A stretch of DNA of 64,000 nt from the IMG/VR virus record IMGVR_UViG_3300035666_000015, positions 5,541 through 69,540 of that record; one strand, given 5' to 3'. The translations under genes were made by a program, and so were the position numbers. Below are positions 20,701-29,900 of this stretch, one piece after another. This DNA is from a virus. Positions within the stretch are counted from its first letter, which is position 1; each line of letters begins with the position of its first letter. Below the pieces are notes generated by a model that worked only from the letters and a program-made list of their open reading frames with translations, ran no database searches and was not told the origin of the DNA.

Positions 20701-22009
20701 TTGATAATACACCATCTAGGTCTTTTGTCTTCTCAACCACACCATCAATGGTATCAGGCCACCATGAATGACCTATTACTTCATCATATATTTCAAAAAA
20801 AGCTCTTCTGACTTTCACACTGAAATCATTAACATAGGTTAGTGATCGAGACAATCCATTCTTTGCTGTAATAGACAGTTCTTCGAATAAATTTTTTAGC
20901 GCATCTATTGAGACATCAAAATCAATATTGACATCAAGAGCTCCTGCTACTTTTTGTAGTTTATCAAATACAAAATCTTTTGAAATTTCCAGCAATAATG
21001 GTATCTCAAACTTAAATTCGTTGAATTTGGAACGTAATCTGTCTTTAAGATTCGTTATAGCCGCAATCATTGTAGGCGTGGAAGCCTCTATCTTATCAGC
21101 GAGTTTCAATAAGAATTTGCCTGAATTTTCTGAAATACCTAATGCAACATTAAGCTCACCTAACATGTTGGAAAGAGCACCTTCAAACCGTTTAGCACCT
21201 ACTTCAGATGTGACAGCCAACTTACTAAAATCTTTGTCAATCTGGTCTGTCATTGACGTAATTGCATTAGCCACTGTGGCTGCGGTAAGCTCACCTGCAG
21301 CTGCGGCCTTGCGCATCTCGGATGTGGTCATCCCAAGCCCTTTGCGCAAGATATTGGCCAAGTATGGTGTCTGCTCGATGATGGAGTTTAGTTCCTCACC
21401 GCGTAGCGCATCTGCACCTAAACCCTGCCTCAGTTGGAACAAAGCAGCATTTATAGAGTCTATCGGACCACCGCCAAGCTTGGCAGCTTTTGTGATAGAT
21501 GCAGTCAACTCTGTCAATGCATCGCCATTGAAACCTTTGTCTTTTAGAACGAGCGCAAGCCCTGCGTATGATGTGCCAATATCTCCCAAAGAGCTCTTTG
21601 TGTCTTTAGCGATGCCTTTCACATCACTCTGTGACTTATTAAACTCTTCGAGTGAGTCTGTCGCCAGACGTAATTTACTATTTAAATTAAGAACACTATC
21701 CCCGTAGCCTTTAAAGGCCTTCAGAGGTGCTGATAATGTATCCAGGGCAGGCCCCAATAACCCTAACGCTTGAATGCCATTTGTAATTCTTCCGAATGTT
21801 CTATCAATATCTCTGCCTGCAGAATTAGCTTCTCTGCTGAAGTTTTTAATAGCCTTCGTGTTTTTGCTTAATGTTGGAGCTAAATCAGGAAAAATAGTTT
21901 TTGAGGTATTTGCAGTAGAGAATATCGATCTCAATTGCTTATTTAATGCCTCCAAATCTCTTTCCGTGGATTTGGCGTTGGATTGAAACTCTAGTTCAAC
22001 ACCTGACAT
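14732..22009 (-). CDS. tape measure protein
   Basis: 2425 aa; QLRQGLGADALRGEELNSIIEQTP tape-measure domain; C-terminal ADGGHVSGRGTSKSDSIPAMLSNGEFVVNA. Confidence 0.95.
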   Translation of the reverse strand: MSGVELEFQSNAKSTERDLEALNKQLRSIFSTANTSKTIFPDLAPTLSKNTKAIKNFSREANSAGRDIDRTFGRITNGIQALGLLGPALDTLSAPLKAFKGYGDSVLNLNSKLRLATDSLEEFNKSQSDVKGIAKDTKSSLGDIGTSYAGLALVLKDKGFNGDALTELTASITKAAKLGGGPIDSINAALFQLRQGLGADALRGEELNSIIEQTPYLANILRKGLGMTTSEMRKAAAAGELTAATVANAITSMTDQIDKDFSKLAVTSEVGAKRFEGALSNMLGELNVALGISENSGKFLLKLADKIEASTPTMIAAITNLKDRLRSKFNEFKFEIPLLLEISKDFVFDKLQKVAGALDVNIDFDVSIDALKNLFEELSITAKNGLSRSLTYVNDFSVKVRRAFFEIYDEVIGHSWWPDTIDGVVEKTKDLDGVLSSVKDFGKNIGGQFADVFSKVDSSSVSKLRDSLALTLADVELKDVFEKIGNSLIVGIAAALAVTSASPVFNAIGGLLTIGLLSGPIEKSVELFGNSLALTLGNVAETIGVEVARGIQTGLNSLFKMMPGFVHGFVEELSPLPDTITDLFLSVTPLTNSAFSSLLALSAGLAVVSKDFRKMANTAILGKPAKGAPGDKGFKAAEPGLLSLVTSVEPGALARKLFPTSLQKTTASIGAALLSTALLESVALFDAGSAALPFVVHAFLGGDLGAESFRKIQFWVVGTIKKLLDFNIIKILTEASGGYGPQSPTLKKISEIVQSLIGNLKKLKKMTVNTFKAFGSNFRDYMAGNISLRDAFKSSPKDDGKSFGDLDFVEIKDALKKGSKRAWDNFLGGTKDAFTKVKNWAKDLFSGIYDRITKFGKGLASVFSPTSFVGLAAIFSGVAFAGDAATSSTRTLTSELLILGGTVLLVGNLVERYVKAYRSVAGVQAGFSAASALMGADLKKLGRGLRSVLSLDTWKKWGNSARSVLATVFKGGWTAAAVATGGLLVGYLFGKRGEISKRISEIADEIREAFGGTAKSQRGRVNSLFKDAEGLKISGSDLAFRRQLESKDLSSLDNASFDRHKAVLDSSYKTLVQLEEQRLENGSLTLDQVKEQEKVLLRISRILNALPDNKDALKDTRTLLPRDPSQSLGSLIGVSYEIDDATNTIRKFEGVWGSFGLNRKIADATKQVGSVFTEIKKRSIEGLDKSIEWVDELSIAIDTLFSLGFSAIRRGLQLPAPRTPKVEANALNTYNKARSTLDNLQAEGILSPQEAIAAEQRLGSLKTAILQFQETDVSDWKGTLQPNKLQEALDELMAKTTEFNRDFAEVLTNGANTGRLRKTFKEYSDFKLEAESLGVKLPENLTDKTVADRFLQYAPTLKSLKEARRGLSDSLSTDELVAENDKISQATGTIKDALIKLSDEYSDSASLAVRWDKVLNVAGLTEAQQALLSRFPGIQTSLTKEAEALQGKLLKLSTVQVQRAILGEITGQDRSIDSAVKDLKERIKKGSDELASFDKSIYGTGNKDAFLFRNKKAKEIGSLNESLANLPTLPSLKIGLEFEEKTLTAETEALRKSLRESVSKLPVSFNTQNAALQKLNIEMPPIVLAKVDQNELTKRLENALQKQTELTDLQSQPGKADDAAKLTQDLVDAINSIDLMKVDALRALLKEGRAIQGLEALGQNITDKGPGKAIDDFDKKLRGKTDAERMSFYSESKGLSIDKDLRALSEGDFNSYIAMAESLQIVEKSLGSLDASVSKAKFDSLFSQKMQIMSDMASLESDAIVASIKGAFDTLSSSGFSTENLAMMDTRDIELALRYWQEMQKISNDMSKGTFNAESLRQAANDLSGLSKANEALKNRGATQDIRSDQLANALPGVESNVLKFLDNNTFKEFAKSIEGLEARISTDGMTPNLEEALKRAAEVFGSPEYQAAILSSLSSEIDRLDVSAIKSRLEDVIGGPLNAAQGNVTPVLAELERIRLNTEKGFIQKGEGAALSKDIISKRFGTGAGLRYRANQESQNGVGLSNFTTQIENLTTSSEKIRYEGILKGMQSARDSAGRATTDAGRIAAQNDYDMLLAAWEDGMRTSSESLGRLSMEAGFRFRDTVFSSFREGLSGLMKGDASFKDTLRMLADRFTGGIIDSFVDGLVSSLEKTDLSGLLTRLGKGQFDLGTIFGGSEFANQQTAGATLQTAGISLNTAAMSLQAAAGMMSGQNGLGMLGDVSGMFGQSSSFDKAIETAVTPSFESVTNGFDNVLSTADMGFKGVTDSATETFGANGPLPGLFEGAFGSTGFLGDIIGGLGRLLSDGATGIADGVGAIAGVVGSLFMADGGHVSGRGTSKSDSIPAMLSNGEFVVNAAATAKNRALLEAINKGRVPKFADGGIVKSSSAVSKEFSNRSSNNSSSSVTKIDLGITGDISRQTRAEVMKMLPELAQGVNMFNKERNVKRR

Positions 22010-22022
22010 CTTTAATTCCCGT

Positions 22023-22043
22023 AAAAAGGCCCCCGAAGGGGCC
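22023..22043 (-). terminator. Rho-independent terminator upstream of tape measure
   Basis: GGCCCC-TTCG-GGGGCC followed by TTTTT. Confidence 0.8.
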
Positions 22044-22045
22044 AG

Positions 22046-22342
22046 TTATTTTAAGCGTACAATCGAACCATGTGCCTTGACATTAGGATTCGCTAGTACA
22101 ACCTTTTCAATAAAAAATGGTGGAGCTTGCTTAGAACTTCCATTGTTCAGCTGAGATATGTACTCAACATCATTGACTATCTTGTCATTTATAAGCGCCC
22201 AACCATCTCTGGCCTTTCCAGTATTAACTGGTGTAGCAGCTTTAAGAGCTAATATTAGCTCCTTCTTAATTTTGTTTTCTAGAACACTAGCATCGAATTC
22301 AATCTTGGTCATTTTCGCTTTGCATTTCAGCAAGGTTATCAC
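22046..22342 (-). CDS. HK97 gp10-like tail completion protein
   Basis: TPVNTGKARDGW...NDVEYISQLNNGSSKQAP motif. Confidence 0.75.
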   Translation of the reverse strand: MITLLKCKAKMTKIEFDASVLENKIKKELILALKAATPVNTGKARDGWALINDKIVNDVEYISQLNNGSSKQAPPFFIEKVVLANPNVKAHGSIVRLK

Positions 22343-22601
22343 CTCCTATGGCGGCTTTCGCAAACTTCCAAAAAGTAGAATTCTTAAGATTTTTGTCAGA
22401 TTTCTCTGGATTATAGATTGGCTTTAAAGTGGCAAAGTATTTATCAGGAGAGCCTTTGGCACCTAACGCTTGTAGTATTTTAGAAAAACGATCATCATCT
22501 CGCCAATCTGGAGGACGCTGCTCGAAGTAAGCCCACCATTCCAAGAATGTTTCATATGGAAGGCGGGCCCTTAGTTCATCTACGTAAGGAACCTTGAGCA
22601 A
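22299..22601 (-). CDS. tail assembly chaperone, C-terminal (T) part, probably reached by -1 frameshift
   Basis: This frame stays open upstream past the stop of 22637..23062 and is -1 to it; EWWAYF-type motif. Confidence 0.65.
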   Translation of the reverse strand: MLKVPYVDELRARLPYETFLEWWAYFEQRPPDWRDDDRFSKILQALGAKGSPDKYFATLKPIYNPEKSDKNLKNSTFWKFAKAAIGGDNLAEMQSENDQD

Positions 22602-22636
22602 GTAGGCTAACTCAAACAGAGCTAACCTATCCTCAC

Positions 22637-23062
22637 TTAAGACTTCTTTTCTTTATCTTTAACTCCTGAATACTCAAGGATAGTTTCGGACAGTTTGGAC
22701 AGTTCTTCAAGCGGTAGTTGCTTCAGCGCATCAATTGTTAAGTTAGCACCATTATCCGCGCCATACTTCAATACAGTATGTACAACAGAGTAATCTTCCA
22801 TATTGTCATCATCTTCGATATCCTCTAGTGTAATACCATCAAGCTCAGCCTTGGCTTTACGCTCCAGATCTTTTTCACGTTTCTTTTGCAATAGCAGATT
22901 TTTTTCAGTCTGCGTAATTAAAAGCTTACGTATTTCATCTACCTGGTCTACAGTTAATTTATAGATGACAAGACTGCCGTCTAAAAAGTTAACTTTCTTG
23001 CTCATGCGTTTGCCTACGAAGCTCAGAATACCTGAGTTATTATCATTTTGAAGAGATTGCAT
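22637..23062 (-). CDS. tail assembly chaperone (G-like)
   Basis: Located between major tail and tape measure genes. Confidence 0.7.
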   Translation of the reverse strand: MQSLQNDNNSGILSFVGKRMSKKVNFLDGSLVIYKLTVDQVDEIRKLLITQTEKNLLLQKKREKDLERKAKAELDGITLEDIEDDDNMEDYSVVHTVLKYGADNGANLTIDALKQLPLEELSKLSETILEYSGVKDKEKKS

Positions 23063-23267
23063 TGAAGAACTCCATTGTTTGTTTCTTTAGGCTTTCAAGT
23101 AATGAAAGTGTATTTAGTATTTCTAAATTTTTCTTGCTGTCATCAACGAAATCAGGAATGCGAGATAGTGTCTTCTCTACACTCTTGTTGATATCAAGCA
23201 GGACGTGTTTTTCAGTCACGTCCATGACATATTGCAATGTAAAATTGCCTTTATCTGGCGTAGTCAT
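23043..23267 (-). CDS. hypothetical protein
   Basis: 74-aa ORF between major tail protein and chaperone. Confidence 0.65.
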   Translation of the reverse strand: MTTPDKGNFTLQYVMDVTEKHVLLDINKSVEKTLSRIPDFVDDSKKNLEILNTLSLLESLKKQTMEFFNAISSK

Positions 23268-23271
23268 GATA

Positions 23272-23853
23272 TTAAACTGTGTAAGCTCCGAACATATCAG
23301 ACTGCATTGACAAGGTCAACGTTCCGATGTTAGCATCAGCCAGATTAGGCTGTACAGATACCGCTTCCAATTTACCAAAGAAGTAGTAAGAGGAGTTTTT
23401 CTTTGTACCAATACCACCAGCAGATGATGCGTAAGCAGTTGCGCCTGTGCCGGTTGGTTTTTCGTTTTGGATAGTTACACGAAATACGTGAACAATACCA
23501 TCGCCGACCATTTTACCAGGAAATACGGCTGGATCCCATTGAGTACCATCATAGTTGATTTGCAACTCAAAGTTAGGAGCATCAGCTTGACCTTGAACCT
23601 GCTTAGAGGTAGCTGAGCCGAATACAGGTACGTTTACGATATTAGGCTGAATACCTAGAGTAGGGAACTCGCGGATGTTGTCAACCAACACAAAATCACC
23701 AACATCAGCAACTGCTTCGTTTGGCTGTACTTGATTTGCAAACCAAGCTTCTAATTGAGACTTGCTGTGAGTAGATCCAGGAACAAACGCTGGATCAGTA
23801 ATACCAATCGCCAAGGTAGAGTAGATACCAGCGCCTAAGTTTACGTGTGCCAT
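23272..23853 (-). CDS. major tail tube protein
   Basis: IREFPTLG...VNVPVFG...QVQGQADAP; beta-rich; synteny. Confidence 0.85.
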   Translation of the reverse strand: MAHVNLGAGIYSTLAIGITDPAFVPGSTHSKSQLEAWFANQVQPNEAVADVGDFVLVDNIREFPTLGIQPNIVNVPVFGSATSKQVQGQADAPNFELQINYDGTQWDPAVFPGKMVGDGIVHVFRVTIQNEKPTGTGATAYASSAGGIGTKKNSSYYFFGKLEAVSVQPNLADANIGTLTLSMQSDMFGAYTV

Positions 23854-24240
23854 TTAGATTTCTCCAAAATGATTAAAAGGAATTGAATATATTGATCGCT
23901 CTAACGAAGGACGATCAGTATCAGCACCTAAGTGCGTTAAAGAGCCTTGCAGTAATTGCACATGCCCTTCTGTTTTGTTAGCTAATATTGACTCTAATAT
24001 GTCCGCTATTGCTGAGCTGCGATCTGGTCCTTTCCCAATCGGTACAAATATGTCGATCTTTAGTAAGCCCTTACTCAACTTAGCCCCAGCGCCGTCATCT
24101 AAAAGCACATTAATTCTGACATACTCAGTTGTATTATTTGGTACTGGTATATTAGCAGGTACTGCAACTATATTAGTTGTCACCCACGCAGAACTAGCAA
24201 AGAACTTATAAATCGAGGAAGCAGCGTCTGAGAATTTCAT
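23854..24240 (-). CDS. tail terminator protein
   Basis: GLLKIDIFVPIGKG...IADIL motif; synteny. Confidence 0.75.
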   Translation of the reverse strand: MKFSDAASSIYKFFASSAWVTTNIVAVPANIPVPNNTTEYVRINVLLDDGAGAKLSKGLLKIDIFVPIGKGPDRSSAIADILESILANKTEGHVQLLQGSLTHLGADTDRPSLERSIYSIPFNHFGEI

Positions 24241-24581
24241 AGAAACACCTCTACTAATGTGACAAAGCGGCCTTGTGTAATAATATTACCAATTTGCCAT
24301 GTGACACCTTTGATTACCAACTCATTAACATATTTGAGGTCAGTGGTCTCTATCAATACTTGTTTTTTAGTTATCTGCTTGCTTTTTGAACCAGCATCTA
24401 ATTCCACAATTCTAACATTAGTTTCAGTAACAGTAGGTGTTGTAGTTACACCGGTGTTAAAGTCAAATTGTGGAGGAGTGTTGCTTTTCAAAGCGCCTGT
24501 TTCAGCCAGATCACCTATCAGATTAAAAGCCAGATCAATACTATCTTCTATCAGCTTTTTGAAACTCAATTTCGCCTCCAT
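24237..24581 (-). CDS. head-closure (stopper) protein
   Basis: Size and synteny. Confidence 0.6.
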   Translation of the reverse strand: MEAKLSFKKLIEDSIDLAFNLIGDLAETGALKSNTPPQFDFNTGVTTTPTVTETNVRIVELDAGSKSKQITKKQVLIETTDLKYVNELVIKGVTWQIGNIITQGRFVTLVEVFL

Positions 24582-25048
24582 ACAAGCCCTACAGAAGGTC
24601 CACTCAGTAAATCTCCAAGCTTCCTGGTTATATCGCCAGGCATCTTTTCGACGTTTCTAATACCACTGAGTGAAATCGGCCCTATGCTTATAGAAGATGC
24701 CGTAGCACCCCTAGTAGGAACTTGTTGGAGTAAGTGAAATGCAAGCTCAAATACAGCTTCTACATATCTTTCAGGAATATTGTCTAATGACACGTATATC
24801 CCTTTAGTTCTATCTAAGTATTCACCGACTCTTGGAAACGGAAATATTTGGTCTACTTCTTTTATGTAGCCCTTATATGATAGCTCTGACAACTGCTGCG
24901 CAGCACTGACCAATGCCTTCTCTCGATCCGCTTCTGAGAAGGTTTCCCAAGCATCAGAAGCAGTTCTTGATAAAAAGTAATTGTCAGCCTCAAGCAATGT
25001 CACTGGAGCGTTTCCTCCAACCAATTGTAGGAAGCTAGACGGATACAT
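24566..25048 (-). CDS. head-tail adaptor
   Basis: VTLLEADNYF...EKALVSA...FPFPR...IPERYVEAVFELA; follows the capsid gene. Confidence 0.75.
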   Translation of the reverse strand: MYPSSFLQLVGGNAPVTLLEADNYFLSRTASDAWETFSEADREKALVSAAQQLSELSYKGYIKEVDQIFPFPRVGEYLDRTKGIYVSLDNIPERYVEAVFELAFHLLQQVPTRGATASSISIGPISLSGIRNVEKMPGDITRKLGDLLSGPSVGLVWRRN

Positions 25049-25049
25049 A

Positions 25050-26282
25050 TTATGAGTGGAAGATTGGCAGAATACCTAAGTTAAGCACAGAAGTAGCCTT
25101 ACGTGCCCACAAACCAGCAGCTGCAGCGTTGGTCATATCAAACGCAGCATCTTCAACTTGTACCAAGGTGGAGTTATGGTCTTTAACACCTTTGTAACTT
25201 GCGTTAGAAGCAAATGCATCTTCTGGACCATCCCAAGAGTAACCGGTAGGGTGGTAGATGTATCCCCAACGATACCACAAGTCGGTAGTACCACCACCTT
25301 TGAAGGAGGAAGCTTTACGATCGATTTCAATGTCGTCAGGTACACTCAAAGGTGTGAACAACAAAGAACCAGCACGCATTACAAAACTTGTAAAAGGGCC
25401 AGTGATGTCTGCACCTGCGCCTGTAGCAATTTTATTACGAATTGCTAAAGACAAGTTAGAAGACGATTCACGACTTGGTAGCAACCGGAATTTACCTTGG
25501 AAGATGGTTTCAAAATCGACTTCACCATCAGTAACACGATCACTATCAACCAGGTTTGCAGAACGTAAAGACGCCATCAAACGAGGAGAGCAAGTGAGAT
25601 AATAGTAAGGATCTTCCAGATCTTTCCAGGCTTTACCAATTGCTTGCAAGAAACCTTCAGCACGAGCAGCACCTTGAGTAGCGGCAGACGCATCTACGAT
25701 AGCTTGAGATGCACCCAAATCTACGTAAAATCCGTAACGGTTGTAGTCCGCACTGTCAGCCAAGCTAGTAGGAGTGTCAAAAGTTTGACCGCCTAAGCCT
25801 GCAGCACCTCCGATAGAACCGGCACCACGCATGATTTCGGACAAAGCCACACCTTTCAATAGTGCAAATAGTGCTTGGTTTTGGTCGTCAGTACGAGTTT
25901 GTACGAAGTCTTTAGCCAACTTCTGTAAACCGTCTTGTTGGGTCACAACTTGAGCCATGTTCAATTTACGACCACCGTTAGAACGGACAGTTTTAATGTA
26001 TTTGGCCATTGAAGACTCATAGTTAGTGAATTCACCATCTGCTGAATCAGTCAAACTGACTACGTTAACTTTTGGGCTTAACGGTTTGAACCAACGCATT
26101 TGACCGATATAAGTCTCAGTGTTTGGATCAACTTGTGGTGGATTGTTTGTAATAATCCCACTGTTGATTATTTGTTTAGCAGATGTATATTCTTCATCTA
26201 CGTACATACCAATCGCTTCTTGCAATTGGTCGATATTGGTAGCACCCGCTACTGGGGTATGTGAAAACTGTGTTGCAGCCAT
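25050..26282 (-). CDS. major capsid protein
   Basis: 410 aa downstream of scaffold; GGGTTDLWYRWGYIYHPTGYSW C-terminal motif of phage coat proteins. Confidence 0.85.
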   Translation of the reverse strand: MAATQFSHTPVAGATNIDQLQEAIGMYVDEEYTSAKQIINSGIITNNPPQVDPNTETYIGQMRWFKPLSPKVNVVSLTDSADGEFTNYESSMAKYIKTVRSNGGRKLNMAQVVTQQDGLQKLAKDFVQTRTDDQNQALFALLKGVALSEIMRGAGSIGGAAGLGGQTFDTPTSLADSADYNRYGFYVDLGASQAIVDASAATQGAARAEGFLQAIGKAWKDLEDPYYYLTCSPRLMASLRSANLVDSDRVTDGEVDFETIFQGKFRLLPSRESSSNLSLAIRNKIATGAGADITGPFTSFVMRAGSLLFTPLSVPDDIEIDRKASSFKGGGTTDLWYRWGYIYHPTGYSWDGPEDAFASNASYKGVKDHNSTLVQVEDAAFDMTNAAAAGLWARKATSVLNLGILPIFHS

Positions 26283-26287
26283 TTAAA

Positions 26288-26947
26288 TTATCCTCTTTGT
26301 CTACGGATTTCTCCGCTTTTAATTTTGGCGAGTAACTCATTCTGAGCTAAATCACCGACTTTTGTAGATGTACTTGTTGTCGTTGACGAAGAATTTCCTT
26401 GCGAAAATCCTGCTGAAGTTGTCGGTTTGAATAAGTAATCATTGTCAGGATCTTGTCTATAATCTCTTATGACTTGTTCCAATGGTTTTCCTGAACTATG
26501 AATCCAAAGACCTTTGTCGTCTTGCGAAAATTGTTCACGTAACTCAACCAAAGCAGTGTTATGAGCTTTAGTAGACTTGAACTCAAGGCCTGCTAGTGCC
26601 ATTGTAAGTTCTTTGTCACGGGATGCAAGAGCACGCTCACGCTCCAGTTGGCTCTTTTCACGTTCGGCAGTCTCCCGCTTCAAACGTTCATCAGCTAGTC
26701 GGGCTTCATACGCCTCTTTTAGCTTACCTTCTTCTTCGAGCTTCTTGATTGCTGCCTGTCTTTGTTCTTCTTCATAAGCTTCCAGCTTTTCCTTTAGAGC
26801 CGCCTGCTCAGCGTTCAAGGTATCGCGCTCTTGATAAACATTATCAAGCTTGCCTTTGATAGGGGCTAAACGCTCTTGTACGCGGGTTTCAATAAGAGCA
26901 TCTAGCTCTTCTTTTGACATTTCAATTTTATTTTCGTTTTCAGACAT
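26288..26947 (-). CDS. capsid scaffolding protein
   Basis: Highly charged coiled coil with YLFKP and a Ser/Thr-rich tail, directly upstream of the capsid gene. Confidence 0.8.
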   Translation of the reverse strand: MSENENKIEMSKEELDALIETRVQERLAPIKGKLDNVYQERDTLNAEQAALKEKLEAYEEEQRQAAIKKLEEEGKLKEAYEARLADERLKRETAEREKSQLERERALASRDKELTMALAGLEFKSTKAHNTALVELREQFSQDDKGLWIHSSGKPLEQVIRDYRQDPDNDYLFKPTTSAGFSQGNSSSTTTSTSTKVGDLAQNELLAKIKSGEIRRQRG

Positions 26948-26988
26948 TTTTAGTACTCATTTGACGGACACAGTCCATAGACTAAACA

Positions 26989-29900
26989 TTAGCCTACACC
27001 ATAAAAGTAGAGATCATTATCAAAGTTTTCTGGGACTTCACGAAGAATATCATCCTTCTTGAGTATATCAGAATCCTCTATAACACGACCTCCGATCTTA
27101 GACTTACCCGCAACAGGGATAAGCCCTTTTTCAATAGCCTCGTTCAAGTAACTGTCATATGTTTCTTTTGGCAGTCCTCTGGCTAACATTTCATCTAACA
27201 CACTCTTGAATATATTACGATCCATTGCATTAGCGTAAATGCCTCTCAATGCTTTTCTAGCATCCAGCATATCAGAGACATTAGTAAAGAAAGCATCATG
27301 AATTGTAGAAGTAGGGATATCATTCTTACTTCCCCAAATATGGAATTGCTTCACTAGTGTAGCATCATTACTGTGGTTCAAGTTAACAGCATACGCTGTA
27401 CGAGCTTTTGTCACATCAGCTATGTCATTAATTTTACCACTCTTATTCAATAGTTCTTCCCACCAATTTAAGCTTGTTTTCTGTGGTATTTGAAGAATAT
27501 TTGTAGTCCACTCACCGTTAGCATTCTTATACAGCAACTTCTCTTCAAAGCTTTGAGTGAAATTCTGTTCAAGTACTTTTCCATCAAAATTTACAGAAGG
27601 AACGTTGGTCCATGCCTTAGGAAGTTTGTTTGCTTTAAACAATTCTACTTCAAAGAGTTTCAATTCTTTAAATAGTTGTCGTTTTCTTATAGCTGATAGA
27701 CTGGTCAATGCACCAATATTTGGCACAGTAATTTCCATTTTCAAATACTTACCACCAGTACGTCTTGCTACAGGTGCTGGAACACCTTCAAGCATTTGTC
27801 TAAGTGGTGCATCTTCAGACCACCAATTAAATCGTTCAAGCAACTGGGCTGATACAGATTTATTTCTTGGCAATCCCAATAACTCACTCAATCGTGCTGG
27901 TAACTTGTAACCAGTCTTAGCTTCTCCAACAACTTGCTGCTTACCTAAAGTTTTCCAATCAAAATCGCTATCAGATGGTTTAGCTTCTTTTAAATAAGAC
28001 TCAGCCAATCTTCCGAAAAACTTTGTGAAATCTTTAAGAATTGGGACTTGTTCGCCTAGATGCTCACTCATGATCTTAGCCACAGCTTTGAAGTCATTCG
28101 GAGTGATTACTTGATCGTAACTAGCAGACATCTTATCAAGAACTGCTCTGGTTTTATTATCTAGGAAGAACAATTCCTCCATTATCTCATCACCAGGTTG
28201 TAAGCCTTTATCAAAGATATCTTTTACATCTTGTCGTAACTGTTTCAGTTCTGCTGTCGTTTCTGGATCGAATCTTTCGTATCTAGCAGCTCTAGCTGAT
28301 ATCTCGTTTAATACCTTATCACGGCTATCAGCGGTAACAACTAGTGTATTTTCTTTCTTACCAAGAACCTTACCGAGCTTGCCTTCGACATTTAGGATGC
28401 CGGTACGTTCTCCTGCTCCGTACAGCGTGACCATATTTTGCGTATGTTCGCATTAACTCGCTACGTTAATACCGAATCCTCATAAAAATAGAAAATTCTG
28501 CTCTATATTCCTACAGAGTTCGGACTATATCTTGCGCAATTGCGCTCCCGCGCTTCCCAGATGCTATCTGGTACGTCTTTCGACTAGTCTCTACACCTTC
28601 AAGATATCATTAACGATATCTAGCTTGGCTCGGTATTGTCCGTTCTGGATATCCACCGAATTCACGGGATTTTAGAAGACCCAATTTGTCAAGCCTTCGC
28701 AGCCTTCCTGAGATCAATCTCAGTTAAGCCAAATCTTTCATTCATCTTTTTGAAACGAGGATCGTTAAATGTTAATCTAGCGATCTCATCATACCCTTTT
28801 GTTATACGTTCGCCCAGTTTTTTCCAATCCGTATTTGGTAAATAGTCCCGCTGTTACACCCAAATAGATTGGCGATTTCTCTGTCACTTACGCAACTCTC
28901 AATTAACGATTTAATCTTAACAACGTCTTCCCTACACAATTTAGGTCTGTTATCACGTAGCGGTGGGAGAGCACACAAGGGCTCTACATGTTTCCAAGCT
29001 CTACCAACTCTAATATTAGAAATTGTCCCTACACTGACACATAATGTATCTGCTAAACTCTGGGGACCAGCACCCTCTAGAAGCGCTAACTTGATCTCAG
29101 AAACCAATGCTTCATCGAGCTTGGCGTGTTTCATCTTTGATCCCCGCTGCATTAATCCTGTATCATATGCATGTTGCGTATTAGCGGAAGCGGTGCACCA
29201 TTCTAGATTGTCAGCGTTATTATTTAGCTTGTTTCCGTCTAGATGATTTACATAAGGTAGCTTCTGTGGGTTGTCACAATAAAGGGTAGCTACCATCCGA
29301 TGTACTCTGAATGATTCTTTGAGATAAGAGTCATATAAGCAGAGGTATCCTCCTTGATTCTTGAAAGTCTTCCGCACCTTATTTGTTGTTAAGTTTATAA
29401 CAGTTCCATCTTTCGACACCCCGTATGGTGTATCTAAGTACTGCTTTGGCATAAATGCTCCAGTCATGTATTGAGAATTCTCATAGTTACCTATAAGATC
29501 AGACTATATCTTACGTCCGTGTTCCCGTGTTTCGAATCACATGGATCCTACGTATTTCTACTAGTCGTTGCACTACTCTTCATGCACATCTTGTGCGAAT
29601 AGCTCAGTATTGTCCACTAGGGAGTTCCACTGAATTAACGGGATTTATAGAGACCATATATGTTTAGCCTCTGTTTCTGAGAAGTAGGAACCACATTGCT
29701 CAATTCAGCTAACTTCTTATTTCTAGTAGTTATCGCAATAATCTGAGCGCCTGATGATGAGGCATCTTGCTCAAGAGCTAATGAAGTCATGTACTCAGAT
29801 AACGTTTCCAGATTCTTTTTAGAGTATGGAGTATTTAGATTCTTAGATTTTAGATACGAATCTATTTTAGTAGTTTCGATAGCTAATCTAAAGAATTTAC

